A stretch of DNA of 64,000 nucleotides from Candidatus Hydrogenedentota bacterium (GTDB lineage Bacteria > Hydrogenedentota > Hydrogenedentia > Hydrogenedentales > SLHB01), in assembly GCA_963668025.2 (NCBI GenBank), contig CAXXTH010000017.1, positions 320,001 through 384,000 on the forward strand, read 5' to 3'. This document shows positions 38,265 to 48,107 of this stretch, piece by piece; position 1 is the first letter of the stretch, and every line of letters starts with the position of its first letter. The translations under genes were made by a program, and so were the position numbers. The notes below the pieces were generated by a model. It was not told the DNA's origin. It searched no databases and saw only the letters and a list, made by a program, of their open reading frames with translations.

Positions 38265-39701
38265 CTATGCGGAACTGAAGCGGATCTGGATGGCCTCGGT
38301 GCAGAGGGCGTCATATTGTTCGCGGGACAGGGTGGCGTTGCGCAGGGCTTCGAGGAGGCGATGGGCAAGGTTTCTGGCGGAGCCAAAGCCTTTTGGAAAG
38401 TGGGCGGCCAGAAGGCTGCCATCCTCCAGGAGTTGCATGAGCAGATGGGCTATCTGCATCAAGAGGTAGTAGATCTTGCTGGCCTGTTCGTTTTGGGTAT
38501 AGGCGTGTTCGAGGTTGTAGCCGCCGTTTTTCTGCACGTTGAATGCTTCATTTTCAATCTTCCAGCGTAAGCGTCCTCCTTCATTGGCCAAGGCGGCCGC
38601 ATTGTGCGCGGATACGGATACGTTGGTCACCCATTTGAACTTGGTTTTCTTTATCATGCCTTCCGCGTCCGGGCGGGTGTCCACGCATTCGAGCACGGAC
38701 AGGATGTGTTCACGCCGCTCGGAATCGCGGTAGGGGATGTCGTTGACCCAGCGAAACTGCTGGTGGATTTCCTTCTTGTTGCCGCAACGCCACGTAAGCT
38801 GGTTTTCGGGCGTCGCGGCCGCGAGGCTCTCGAATTCTTCGTTCACGGTGGCCAATTGGCCGTCCGTGAGCGTAATCATGAACTTCCAGCCATATTGCTG
38901 GCACAGCCGAAACACCGGTCCCGTGGCGTACAGGCCGTCCATCGCCAACAGCAGCGGCAAGCGGGGGAATCGGGCATGCAGGCGTGGGGCCAGCCGGTAG
39001 AAGGCTTTGGTCTCGCAATCCTGCTTGCGTTGTTGCTCGCTTTTCGCCAGGTCTTTCTCTGGATTCTCAATGAACTCCGTCATGAGCGAAAAGACCCACC
39101 CGTTTGGCGTGACGATCTTGGACTCCAGCACGGGATGGTAGTAGGTGATCTTGCCGCTCTTGTGCTTGCGCGTGAGGCAATGGGCGCAGTGGCGATGATC
39201 ATAACTGCGTGTCCCCGTGGCGTCGATGGCCGCCACGTAGTAGCGCCCGAACAGGCGGTGGGGGTACAACACCTTCTTGTCGATGAGCGTCTGCGTCATG
39301 CCGGAAACGAGTTCCTGGACCGCCTCGAACGGCAAACCGCGAAATACCCCGTTCATCGTATCGCCATGCGGCACGCTGTCCACGTCAAACAAGACCTTGT
39401 ACAGATGGACCATGAACGTCGTGTACAACTGCAGGCGGACTTGCCGGCGCGCCCCGAGCCGGCATGCGAACATCAGCACTCCCAAGAACACCAGCGACGC
39501 GACACTGTAGTCCACGTCGCCGGCTTGCTCGGGTTTGCGGGGATCGGGCAAGCCCGCAAAGCGCTTGCGCACCGGGCCAAAGAAGTGGGTGAACGTCCTC
39601 AAGAAGGCCCGGATGATTTCCGGATGCTCTTCTTGCGGGTTTGCAGGAACTGCCGTTGGGCCGCGCCCATGGCCTCGACGAGCTTCTTGAGCTTTTTCCA
39701 T
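38265..39701 (-). CDS. DDE transposase
   Basis: LPDPR, VPHGDT, AIDAT, KQDCETKAFYRL, DGLYA and GRLRWKIENEAFNVQKNGGY motifs. Confidence 0.9.
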   Translation of the reverse strand: MEKAQEARRGHGRGPTAVPANPQEEHPEIIRAFLRTFTHFFGPVRKRFAGLPDPRKPEQAGDVDYSVASLVFLGVLMFACRLGARRQVRLQLYTTFMVHLYKVLFDVDSVPHGDTMNGVFRGLPFEAVQELVSGMTQTLIDKKVLYPHRLFGRYYVAAIDATGTRSYDHRHCAHCLTRKHKSGKITYYHPVLESKIVTPNGWVFSLMTEFIENPEKDLAKSEQQRKQDCETKAFYRLAPRLHARFPRLPLLLAMDGLYATGPVFRLCQQYGWKFMITLTDGQLATVNEEFESLAAATPENQLTWRCGNKKEIHQQFRWVNDIPYRDSERREHILSVLECVDTRPDAEGMIKKTKFKWVTNVSVSAHNAAALANEGGRLRWKIENEAFNVQKNGGYNLEHAYTQNEQASKIYYLLMQIAHLLMQLLEDGSLLAAHFPKGFGSARNLAHRLLEALRNATLSREQYDALCTEAIQIRFSSA

Positions 39702-39946
39702 TCCTCAATCCATTGCGCCACTTCGCGGCGCAATTCACGGGGCACGTGGAGGGTGCGGGTCTTCCCGCCCTCCTTCCACGTCAGCAGGGCCGTTTCATGG
39801 ATCGGCCCTTCCTGGACGCACCGGCAGCGCGGGTTCCCGCAGCGGCTGCGGGTGATGGTGAGCGTGGCGGGAAGAAAGGGCCCCAGACGCGCCAGGCGCG
39901 CCTGGACCTTGCGTCCCGCCGAGTTCGTGACAGGTTTCCCTTCCAT
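39599..39946 (-). CDS. DUF6788-like IS helper ORF
   Basis: RCGNPRCRC...H...LTWKEGGKTRTLHVP motif. Confidence 0.8.
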   Translation of the reverse strand: MEGKPVTNSAGRKVQARLARLGPFLPATLTITRSRCGNPRCRCVQEGPIHETALLTWKEGGKTRTLHVPRELRREVAQWIEEWKKLKKLVEAMGAAQRQFLQTRKKSIRKSSGPS

Positions 39947-40245
39947 GTACGGAAGTATATATACTTCCGTACCAGAAGTCAACAAAAAAAAGCGCCGATG
40001 CGAAGAAAAAACTCCCCGCACCGGCGCATCCTCAACTCATTCAACTGCTTCTACGCGAAAAAAAAGCGGTTCTTCACCGCTGCATCGCTTGGGCCTGCAT
40101 GGATTGCGAACGGCGCATGCTCCTGCTTCAGCCAGCCACCGGGATGCCCAAAAACTTGCCAAGAGGCATCTCTCGATGCTCATAAAGAGGAGGCCCCCGC
40201 ACGAGAGGCCTCCTCTTTGGCTAAAACGCTCTCTGAAGTCTGGCT

Positions 40246-40839
40246 TTACCCATTATCTTCGGACGCGGTGCTGGCACTATCTCCCTGGGTTGCGTCCTGT
40301 GGGCCGCCAGGCCCGCCCGGGCCGCCGGGACCATGAGGGCCGCGAGGCGGGTGGGCTTCTTGCCAAGTTTTAAACTCTTCGAGCGTTAGCGCGCTATTCT
40401 TGTCTGCGTCCATCTCGTCAAATTGCGTCGAGGGATCGCCGCCAGGCCCCATGCCTTCTGGGGGGCCGCCAGGGCCGCGCCGCTGGCCTTTGCCTTGTTC
40501 GCAAGCGCCTTTGTCTTGTTCATCGCCTGGGGGTGGAGCCATGCCTTCCGGACCGCCCGGGCCGCCTGGACGCGGATTGGCTTTGTGCCACGCCACAAAT
40601 TCTTCCTTAGTCACGGCGCCGCTCGAATCGGTATCCATGGCGTTGAACATCGCCGTAAAATCCGGCTTCGGCGGCGGTTGCGGAGTTGTTGCATCCGTGG
40701 TGGTTGTTTCCGTGGTGGTGCTCCCGGTGTCGGCAGCCCACACGGCGTTCATCACGGTGGGGCTTAAGGCGAACCCCGCAAGCAGCGCCGCGCCTATGGC
40801 GGCGTAAGAAAGTAAGCGCGTTTTCGTTTTCTCGTACAT
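40246..40839 (-). CDS. Secreted EF-hand protein with Gly/Pro-rich linkers
   Basis: Signal peptide; FNAMDTDSSGAVTKEEF and FDEMDADKNSALTLEEF EF-hands. Confidence 0.85.
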   Translation of the reverse strand: MYEKTKTRLLSYAAIGAALLAGFALSPTVMNAVWAADTGSTTTETTTTDATTPQPPPKPDFTAMFNAMDTDSSGAVTKEEFVAWHKANPRPGGPGGPEGMAPPPGDEQDKGACEQGKGQRRGPGGPPEGMGPGGDPSTQFDEMDADKNSALTLEEFKTWQEAHPPRGPHGPGGPGGPGGPQDATQGDSASTASEDNG

Positions 40840-40954
40840 AACACAAACCTCCTTCGGTTGGTTATCATCCGTATTGGTTCAATTCGTCTTGCGGGCCTCT
40901 TTGCCCGCCATCCAAAGCTTACCTTGCCAACATGACAGCGGCATGGTCGTTCAC

Positions 40955-40970
40955 ATTACATGAATGTAAT
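40955..40970. promoter_or_regulatory. CusR/CopR-like palindromic box ATTACA-N4-TGTAAT
   Basis: Perfect inverted repeat between the divergent EF-hand and response-regulator genes. Confidence 0.55.
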
Positions 40971-41016
40971 CTTCGTGATGGCGCATGAAGCAGTGCGGCA
41001 TGATATACTGCGGGGC

Positions 41017-41691
41017 ATGAGAGTGCTGGTCGTAGAAGATGAAAAACAGATAGCGTCTTTCGTACGTAAAGGCCTGGAGGAGCAAGGCTTTGACGTGCAG
41101 GTCTGCGGCAATGGCGACGAGGCGTATGCGATCGCGGTTACGCAGCCGTTTGATGTGCTCGTCCTAGATATCATGCTGCCCGGCCGCGATGGACTCAGCA
41201 TCCTAAAGAATCTCCGCAAGCAAAAAAATCCCGTGCCGGTCATTTTGCTTACGGCCCGCTCCGAGTTGGATGAACGTATAGAAGGCCTCGAGCTGGGCGC
41301 TGATGACTACATGACAAAGCCGTTTTTCGTCGAAGAACTCGTGGCGCGCATTCATGCGGTCGTGCGCCGAACGGCGGGCGAGGGACTGAGCATCTTGAAT
41401 GCAGGCGGATTATCGGTGAACCTGCTTTCCCGCGAAGCGAAACATAATGGGGAGCCGGTCCACCTTACCGTCCGGGAATTCAGCTTGCTCGAATATCTCA
41501 TGCGCGCCCCGGGCCGCGTATTCACCCGCACGCAGATCCTCGAACATGTATGGGGGTATGATTTCGACCCCAACACCAATCTCGTGGATGTGCATATCCA
41601 GCGCTTGCGCAAAAAGATCAGTGCGGACTCTTTCGAGCGCTACATCGAGACCGTGCGCGGCGTGGGATACCGTTTCCGCAAAATGCCCTGA
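41017..41691 (+). CDS. OmpR-family response regulator (CusR-like)
   Basis: MRVLVVEDE, LDIMLPGRDG, GADDYMTKPF and ETVRGVGY motifs. Confidence 0.93.
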   Translation: MRVLVVEDEKQIASFVRKGLEEQGFDVQVCGNGDEAYAIAVTQPFDVLVLDIMLPGRDGLSILKNLRKQKNPVPVILLTARSELDERIEGLELGADDYMTKPFFVEELVARIHAVVRRTAGEGLSILNAGGLSVNLLSREAKHNGEPVHLTVREFSLLEYLMRAPGRVFTRTQILEHVWGYDFDPNTNLVDVHIQRLRKKISADSFERYIETVRGVGYRFRKMP

Positions 41692-41701
41692 GCAGGAGTT
41701 C

Positions 41702-42472
41702 CTATCTCGAACCGCCATGCCGTTCAAGGCGGAAGGCTTCCCCATCCCACACGACATATGATTGGTGATTCATCCAATCGCCAGTATTGATGTATAGCCG
41801 TACTCCATGTGGTGTGGAGATGTGTTCCAGCATCGGATGATGGCTATGCCCGCACATGACCACGTCCGCTTCATCCCGTTCGAGGACGCCGCGCGCGAAA
41901 CGCAGCAACGCCTCGACTTCCGGCCCCTTGCTAAGGTCTTCCGCGCCGAACATGTGGCGGCTGCCCCGGGATACTCTCTGGGCGAGCGCCATGGCCCAAT
42001 CGGGATGAAGCAGTCGAAAAAGGCCGATTACGAGCGGCGCGCGGGCAATGCGCTTATAAATCCGGTAGGCCCGGTCCTCGGGATTGATGCCATCGCCGTG
42101 GGCGAAAAGCACGCGCTGGCCGCCAAAATCCAGTGTTACCGGTTCGCAATGAATCTCGAATCCCAGGTAATCCCGTAAAAAGCGTCCCGCCCAAAAATCA
42201 TGGTTGCCACACACGAAATGGAACGCCATGCCATGATCGCGCAGATCCACGAAGGCCCGCAATACATGAAAATAGTCCGAAAAAATCACATGGCGGTACT
42301 CGAACCAAAAATCAAAGAGATCGCCCAACAGAATCATCCGCTGGAATCGGGCGGGATCGACGCCACGGAGAAAGGCCGTGAAATGCTCCATGTTTTCCCG
42401 TCCGTCGGGGGCCACATTGAGATGGATATCCGACAAGATCAAGGTGTTCTTGGCGGGGAACAGGCCGGTCAT
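41702..42472 (-). CDS. lpxH: UDP-2,3-diacylglucosamine diphosphatase (LpxH-like)
   Basis: SDIHL, LGDLFDFWFEY, GNHDFW, HGDG, GHSH and NTGDW motifs. Confidence 0.85.
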   Translation of the reverse strand: MTGLFPAKNTLILSDIHLNVAPDGRENMEHFTAFLRGVDPARFQRMILLGDLFDFWFEYRHVIFSDYFHVLRAFVDLRDHGMAFHFVCGNHDFWAGRFLRDYLGFEIHCEPVTLDFGGQRVLFAHGDGINPEDRAYRIYKRIARAPLVIGLFRLLHPDWAMALAQRVSRGSRHMFGAEDLSKGPEVEALLRFARGVLERDEADVVMCGHSHHPMLEHISTPHGVRLYINTGDWMNHQSYVVWDGEAFRLERHGGSR

Positions 42473-43116
42473 TTGAGGAAGCCGAATTTGCTCAGTGGCC
42501 AGAAACGGAGGACGGCCTTGCCCACGATAGCTTTGTCGTGGATAGCTTTAAAACTCCGGCTGTCCTTGCTGACGCTTCGGTTATCACCCAAAACATAATA
42601 CTCACCTGTCGCCAGTCGGACCTCGGGATCGCGTTCCCGCCTGTCCATGGCGTCTTTAGGGAGATAATTTTCTTCAACAGGATGATTATCGACAAATACG
42701 CGCCCTTCCGCGATACGGACCGATACATAGGGCTCCGCGGATTCTTGAGCGCCCACGACATTGCCCCGGGGTGCGGGCGGGCCTTCCGCGATCACCCGCT
42801 TCACATACCGTTTATTGGAGCTGTCGGGGCTGTCGAAAATGATAATGTCCCGGGGCTTGATGGCTTGGACGCCGCCCAGGAGCCCCATGCTGCTCAATAA
42901 GTGGGGCAATTTAAAAACGAGTATCTGGTCGTTTTCCTGAAGCGTGGGCAGCATGGACTCGCCTTGAACTTCATATCCTTCAATGACGAATGATTTGAGC
43001 ACGATGAAAATCGCTAGGAACAGCACGACGAGCTTCACGAGTTCACGCACTTCGCGTTTCAACTCGCGCTTCACTTCATCCGGAGTCTTTTCCGTGCTCG
43101 ATGGGTTCCCGTTCAC
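42469..43116 (-). CDS. lepB: Signal peptidase I
   Basis: GESMLPTL, YVKRVI and GDNRSVSKDSR motifs. Confidence 0.93.
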   Translation of the reverse strand: MNGNPSSTEKTPDEVKRELKREVRELVKLVVLFLAIFIVLKSFVIEGYEVQGESMLPTLQENDQILVFKLPHLLSSMGLLGGVQAIKPRDIIIFDSPDSSNKRYVKRVIAEGPPAPRGNVVGAQESAEPYVSVRIAEGRVFVDNHPVEENYLPKDAMDRRERDPEVRLATGEYYVLGDNRSVSKDSRSFKAIHDKAIVGKAVLRFWPLSKFGFLK

Positions 43117-43120
43117 CTGT

Positions 43121-43750
43121 TCATGTTCCTTTTTGCCGGCAGGGCGCTACTTGAAATCTACCATGCTTCAAGGCCTTCTGCAAATCCGGCATGTTTTGTA
43201 TGGGGTCGAGAAACTCCGTCGTGAAACGCCCCACGTCACGCAACACATGGGCGTCGCTCGCGGCAATTCCTGGAACCCGAACGGTTTGGGCGATCTTGGC
43301 CGCGAGTTTGCGTTCATGCTCTTGCATGTTCACGCTGCACACTTCCATGGCAGCCAGCTTGAGTGTCAGAAGCCGTTCGTCAAAACCCATGCCCGCTCGA
43401 GTAGGATGGGCCGCCACACATACCGCGCCAAATTCATGGGCGATGCGAATGGCCTCGGCGGGCTCCCAGCCGCGCTTGAAAGACGCCACGGCGTGGGCCG
43501 GAACGCCATATATCAGCAGATCGCCTTTGTTCGATGTATACTCGAAACCAGAAAGCACTAGAAAACCAAGATGCCCGGATTGCTTCACTAGCGCGTCCAG
43601 TTCATCTTGCGGCCATTGCTGGTGGTGTTCCGTTATGACCAGCCCATCCACGCCCGCCGCAATGGCTTGGGCGATAAGCCGGGAGGGGTCAATCTGGCTG
43701 CAAGCCGAATACCGTTTCGTATGCAGATGGATATCGAGAAATAGCCCCAT
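43121..43750 (-). CDS. PHP-domain protein
   Basis: DIHLHT, ITEH, AHP and SDAH motifs. Confidence 0.85.
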   Translation of the reverse strand: MGLFLDIHLHTKRYSACSQIDPSRLIAQAIAAGVDGLVITEHHQQWPQDELDALVKQSGHLGFLVLSGFEYTSNKGDLLIYGVPAHAVASFKRGWEPAEAIRIAHEFGAVCVAAHPTRAGMGFDERLLTLKLAAMEVCSVNMQEHERKLAAKIAQTVRVPGIAASDAHVLRDVGRFTTEFLDPIQNMPDLQKALKHGRFQVAPCRQKGT

Positions 43751-43757
43751 GCGCCGC

Positions 43758-44858
43758 CTATGCCCGAGAACCTGCCGTTAGCCCGAGCACGGCTGGGATC
43801 GGCGAATCCGTACGATAACGCGGAACCAGTATTTCCTGGCCGCCCACCAATTGCCGTGCGAGGAACAAAATAGATGCGGGATGAACATAGGCCAGTTCTT
43901 TAAGGTATTGCCACCACGCACCTCCCTGGATAACGCGGCCGAGCAACATGGCGGTCACGCGCATGGGATCGCCGCCGAGCTGGGCTTCCATATTTTCCGC
44001 TAAGACGGCTCCCGAACGCTCTCCTTCTTCCAAGATGTGCTGGAGGCGTTGCTGAATATCTTGGGCCAAATGGCACGCATCGTGATACCGTTGAAGAAAT
44101 TCACCCCAGCCGGGATCACGCTGGCGCACGATTTCATTGAGCAATCCCACTTGCACCTCCAGCGGGCGCTCCTCGAGGGCCGCCGCCGCATGGGGGCTTA
44201 AAAGCAAATAAGAAAAGGCCATGCGCAGGAAATGGCTGGCCTCTTGCATGGGCAGGCTGTCTTCAGGGCGCTGGGGATACTCGCCATGCAGCATCAAAGC
44301 GCGCTTTTGGAAGTCCGGCACCAGGGGCAATGGTTCCGGGAAAGCGGCATAATTGTATTCCAGCCCGCTGGCTATCAGGTAGCCCCGTGCGGCTTTCACG
44401 AAGTTTTTCGCGTCGAGCGCCGCTTCCGCTTGCCGGTAGAATTCTTCTTGCATGCGCCCACGCACGCGCAACAACTCATAGGCTTGGGCCGCACTGGTGT
44501 ATTTGCCCAGCCGCACCGCGTTGTCGGCTAAGAGCATGAGCAATTCCGACGGAAGCCGGGCGGGACGGTCTGCTTTGAGTTCTTGTTGAATATGCGCCCA
44601 TGTCTGCCGCTCTTGAACCCGTTTGAGGATTTCTCGAAACGCATAAGTTTCTTCTTCTTGCCCGGGCAGCAGATAAGCATATTTGGGTGAATCAAAAAAC
44701 TCGGTTTCACTACCGCGCGCGGGCGAAAACGGCATGAACAAAAGCCGGAAATTGACAATATCGCCATCGGCTATCGCCTTCGCCAGTGCCTTCGCCACGA
44801 TTTCGGGCTCTGGCGCTACTAGGTCTTCCGCTTTTTTTTTGCGCCGCAGCCATGCCAT
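43758..44858 (-). CDS. Hypothetical protein
   Basis: Long ORF packed in an operon; ATG directly after the upstream stop, with GGAG-like RBS. Confidence 0.65.
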   Translation of the reverse strand: MAWLRRKKKAEDLVAPEPEIVAKALAKAIADGDIVNFRLLFMPFSPARGSETEFFDSPKYAYLLPGQEEETYAFREILKRVQERQTWAHIQQELKADRPARLPSELLMLLADNAVRLGKYTSAAQAYELLRVRGRMQEEFYRQAEAALDAKNFVKAARGYLIASGLEYNYAAFPEPLPLVPDFQKRALMLHGEYPQRPEDSLPMQEASHFLRMAFSYLLLSPHAAAALEERPLEVQVGLLNEIVRQRDPGWGEFLQRYHDACHLAQDIQQRLQHILEEGERSGAVLAENMEAQLGGDPMRVTAMLLGRVIQGGAWWQYLKELAYVHPASILFLARQLVGGQEILVPRYRTDSPIPAVLGLTAGSRA

Positions 44859-44860
44859 AC

Positions 44861-45445
44861 CTAATTCCTCTCCGCCAAAATAGCTGCTACAGTCTTTGCC
44901 CGCTCCTCCCAGTTCACTTGAGGCGGCGTGACATGCACATATGGCAGCCGCTCGAGTATCTGCTGGTAGAGTGTTTGCCGGTAATGCCGCAAAATACGGA
45001 AGGCATGGCGTTCGTGCGCCATGTCCCAATTGCTGGCCTCGACGCATTCTTTATTGCGTCCGGCATCGAGCATGGTTTCTTCGATATACCGCGACAGAAA
45101 ATCCCGAATCCGGCGGTCAAAATCACGGCGAAGCTGTTCCGCCTCCGGCTGCCCGGCTTCAACCGCGGCGCACCAAGCTGCTTCAAGCTCTATCAGGCCG
45201 TTGCGCTCATTCCAGTACGCTTCGCGCAACGCACTATCGCTCAAGATCATAAACGCCGCGTTGAGCTGGGCCATTTCGAGCAGATACCGCGAACGCCGCT
45301 CTTCGGTAATCTCGACTTCGGCGATTTCGCACACGAGATTCTTCATGCGCCGCCGGTACTCTTTGCGCACTTCGCCAGGCTTCGCATCTATGGGAAGGCC
45401 CAGTATGGCGAAATAATCGATGTATCCGTCTTCTCGATTTTCCAT
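44861..45445 (-). CDS. J-domain-like protein lacking HPD
   Basis: DYFAILGL...EVRKEYRR...LNAAFMILSD...REAY. Confidence 0.7.
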   Translation of the reverse strand: MENREDGYIDYFAILGLPIDAKPGEVRKEYRRRMKNLVCEIAEVEITEERRSRYLLEMAQLNAAFMILSDSALREAYWNERNGLIELEAAWCAAVEAGQPEAEQLRRDFDRRIRDFLSRYIEETMLDAGRNKECVEASNWDMAHERHAFRILRHYRQTLYQQILERLPYVHVTPPQVNWEERAKTVAAILAERN

Positions 45446-45521
45446 GAATCACCTATGTTTTGGCCGAACCCGTATTGTAGACGCTCGATACCCCTCGGGA
45501 CAAGGCCGGCGGCCTAAACCC

Positions 45522-45592
45522 GCAGCCTGGGCGTCTCGCCCATGAAAAGTAGGCGCCAGCGCGTGCAACATGGGCGGGACGCCCATGCTACG
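45522..45592. repeat. Inverted pair of GTAG-type REP-like palindromes
   Basis: GCAGCCTGGGCGTCTCGCCCATG ... CATGGGCGGGACGCCCATGCTAC; related unit at 50031-50061. Confidence 0.65.
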
Positions 45593-45638
45593 TTCGAGAA
45601 TCATCGGGCTGTTTATTTGCCATATCGCTGGGTGTCCT

Positions 45639-48107
45639 TTACGGCAGGCGGAGGTAATCATCGGCGGCGGACTCCTCTTGAGACGCCTGTCCGCCCGTGC
45701 GGACAATGCGCACGTCCAGCGGCCCCATGGTATCAATATGGATATCCCGCTGCGGGTAGGCGATGGAAATGCCCGCTTCCCGGAAAAGCTTGTCAATACG
45801 AAACCGTATATCGCTCGCCACGACACGGGAATCCGTAGACTCGGCCAGTTCGAGCCAGTAATAGGCGGTGAAGGCCAGGGCGTTATCTCCAAAATCCTCG
45901 AAGAGCACGAGCGGCTCGGGATTTTGTAGAATCTTCCCATGCTCCTCGAGCACCAGCATCATCAGTTTCGATACTTCCCGCACCGGCGAGCCATACGCCA
46001 CGCCGACGCTGACTTGGAATCGGATAATACGGTCTGACAGCGTCCAGTTGGTTACATTCTTCTCGAGGAAAGAACTGTTGGGCACCAGAATCTCGATGCC
46101 GTCAAAGCGCCGCACTTGGGAACAGCGCGCCCCGATGGACGATATGCGGCCATGAACGCCATCGACACTGATGATATCGCCCACTTTGATGGGACGCTCG
46201 ATGAGCATGAGCAGCCCGCTGATGAAATTGTTGATCAGGTTCTGCGCACCAAAACCCACGCCGATGGCCAATGCGCCTCCAAAGAATGCAAAGACCGTGA
46301 GAGGAATCTTAACCGTGTTCAGCGCAAAAAACACGGCCACGAGAATAAGCAGGTAATATACGCTCGTTTGAATGGGGGCTGCCCGCCCCTCATCCAAATG
46401 AAAGCGCTGCGCCACGACCCGGCGGATCAACGCGGAAATGCGGCGTGCGAATAAAAGGCCCGCGAATAGCAAGAGCAGGGCATATGCCACTTTGCTGGCG
46501 GTAATGCTGCGTTTGGCCCCATTTTCCTCCACGGTGAACAATTCAAAATCCCAAATGGTTTCAACGTGCCGGGCAATCTTGACAGCGCTCGAGCGAAGGC
46601 GCTCCCATAGGGATACATTGAGCGTGCGTTCTTCGAGTTCGCTCTGCCAGCGGCGCAGCAATTGCTCGACATCTTTCATCCGATTAGACATCTGAGTCAT
46701 TTTTGCCGCGCGCTCTTCGTAGGCCTTGAGCGTGTCTTCCGCCTGCGTTTTCGTGCTGGCTCCCGCCGCGCCCGAAGCGAGCTGCTGGCGCTGGTTGGCC
46801 ACGAGCGTCAGCGCTAATTGCAGATTTGTTTCGGAATATGGCTTCCACTGTTCGATGATCTTCGACATGGACGTGATCATATCGCGCGCATTCGCCAGGC
46901 TATCGTAGCTGGGGTTTTGCGCCACGGCAAAACGGTTGCGCCAGATCTTTTCTTGGGCGGACAACAGATCCTGGTCGATTTGGCTCGATTCGACGACATA
47001 GCGTGCGGTATCGGCGCGGGCTTTACACGCTTCGACGGACGACTCGAGCATGGAAATCCGCTGGGTGTATAATTCCGGCGTCTCTCCTTCCGCTGGCGGA
47101 GTTTCACGGGCGGACTTGAGTTCCGCGCGGGCCTGCTCCAGCGCCGCTTGGGCCGATTCATCCGCCCCTGCCGCCTTATCGAGTTCTTTCTGTAGTGTTT
47201 TCCGATCGGCTGCGATAGTCGCCAGCTTCTCATCCAGCACCGGCTGCGTCAGCACCGCCAACGTGGAAGCAATTGAAATTTTGCGCTGCACGAACTGGAT
47301 GTACTTCCGTTTATTCTCGATGGATTCCTGGGCGGTTTGGCGTTCCGCTTGCGTCAGCGCTAAGGCGGCCCTCGTGGCGAGCACTTCGGCATCCGCCAAG
47401 TCTTTCAGCCATTGAAGCCGGTTCTTTTGCGCCGGATCTTGCACGCTGTCGAGCGCCTCGGCGGCTTTCCGGGCTTTCTGTTCCGCCGTGGCCAAAGCCG
47501 CTTGACTGGCCGCGGCAAAATGGCTGGTGATCGATTCCTCGGCCTCGAGCGCCTCGCTTTCCAATTTGGCGGCATGGCTCGAATCCCGCAGACTGTCCGC
47601 CAGATCAATCGTCGCCTGTTTGGGATCCGAAAACCCTTGCCAGGCGGCGATCTGCGCATCCAAGTCGGCTTCCGCCGCACGCACTTCCTTCAATTTGCGC
47701 AAGGCGTCTTTGTGGCGCTCCAAGCTACGCACCAGAAAACGGTACTGCCGCGTTTGTTCCGCTATCTCTTCCGGCGTCGCGCCAAGCTGTAACGGCGCGC
47801 CGCTCTCTTCCGCTGCTTGCGCCCGGGCATATTGATCTTTGGCTTCAATCTGGGCCGTATCCAGGCGGGCGAGTTCTTCATCAAGTGAAGGCGCGGGCGC
47901 TGGGGCTGGCGAGGCCGCATCTTTGGACGTTTCGCCTACAGCCTTTTGAAGCAGCGTGCTTTGGCCATATACAGGGGCAGCCAGCAGCAACATGCAACAA
48001 CAAAGCATCACCACATAACCGCCGCCGGTTCGCTTCAATATCGGGAAACGTAACGAAATACACATTCGGTGAACCATAACGCTCCTTCTCAATTCCAACC
48101 AATACAA
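45639..48107 (-). CDS. MscS/MscK-type mechanosensitive channel with long periplasmic coiled coil
   Basis: GVGFGAQNLINNFISGL..LIERPIKVGD, VPNS..L..VTNW and AYPQRDIH motifs. Exact start is uncertain. Confidence 0.9.
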   Translation of the reverse strand: MYWLELRRSVMVHRMCISLRFPILKRTGGGYVVMLCCCMLLLAAPVYGQSTLLQKAVGETSKDAASPAPAPAPSLDEELARLDTAQIEAKDQYARAQAAEESGAPLQLGATPEEIAEQTRQYRFLVRSLERHKDALRKLKEVRAAEADLDAQIAAWQGFSDPKQATIDLADSLRDSSHAAKLESEALEAEESITSHFAAASQAALATAEQKARKAAEALDSVQDPAQKNRLQWLKDLADAEVLATRAALALTQAERQTAQESIENKRKYIQFVQRKISIASTLAVLTQPVLDEKLATIAADRKTLQKELDKAAGADESAQAALEQARAELKSARETPPAEGETPELYTQRISMLESSVEACKARADTARYVVESSQIDQDLLSAQEKIWRNRFAVAQNPSYDSLANARDMITSMSKIIEQWKPYSETNLQLALTLVANQRQQLASGAAGASTKTQAEDTLKAYEERAAKMTQMSNRMKDVEQLLRRWQSELEERTLNVSLWERLRSSAVKIARHVETIWDFELFTVEENGAKRSITASKVAYALLLLFAGLLFARRISALIRRVVAQRFHLDEGRAAPIQTSVYYLLILVAVFFALNTVKIPLTVFAFFGGALAIGVGFGAQNLINNFISGLLMLIERPIKVGDIISVDGVHGRISSIGARCSQVRRFDGIEILVPNSSFLEKNVTNWTLSDRIIRFQVSVGVAYGSPVREVSKLMMLVLEEHGKILQNPEPLVLFEDFGDNALAFTAYYWLELAESTDSRVVASDIRFRIDKLFREAGISIAYPQRDIHIDTMGPLDVRIVRTGGQASQEESAADDYLRLP

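Larger units (their letters stand above)
38096..40082 (-). mobile_element. Intact IS (ISNCY/ISAs1-like DDE), 1987 bp
   Basis: Perfect 13-bp terminal IR CAGCGGTGAAGAA; 9-bp TSD CATCGCTTG at 38087-38095 and 40083-40091; subterminal IR GTTGAGG at 38131 and 40030-40036. Confidence 0.92.
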
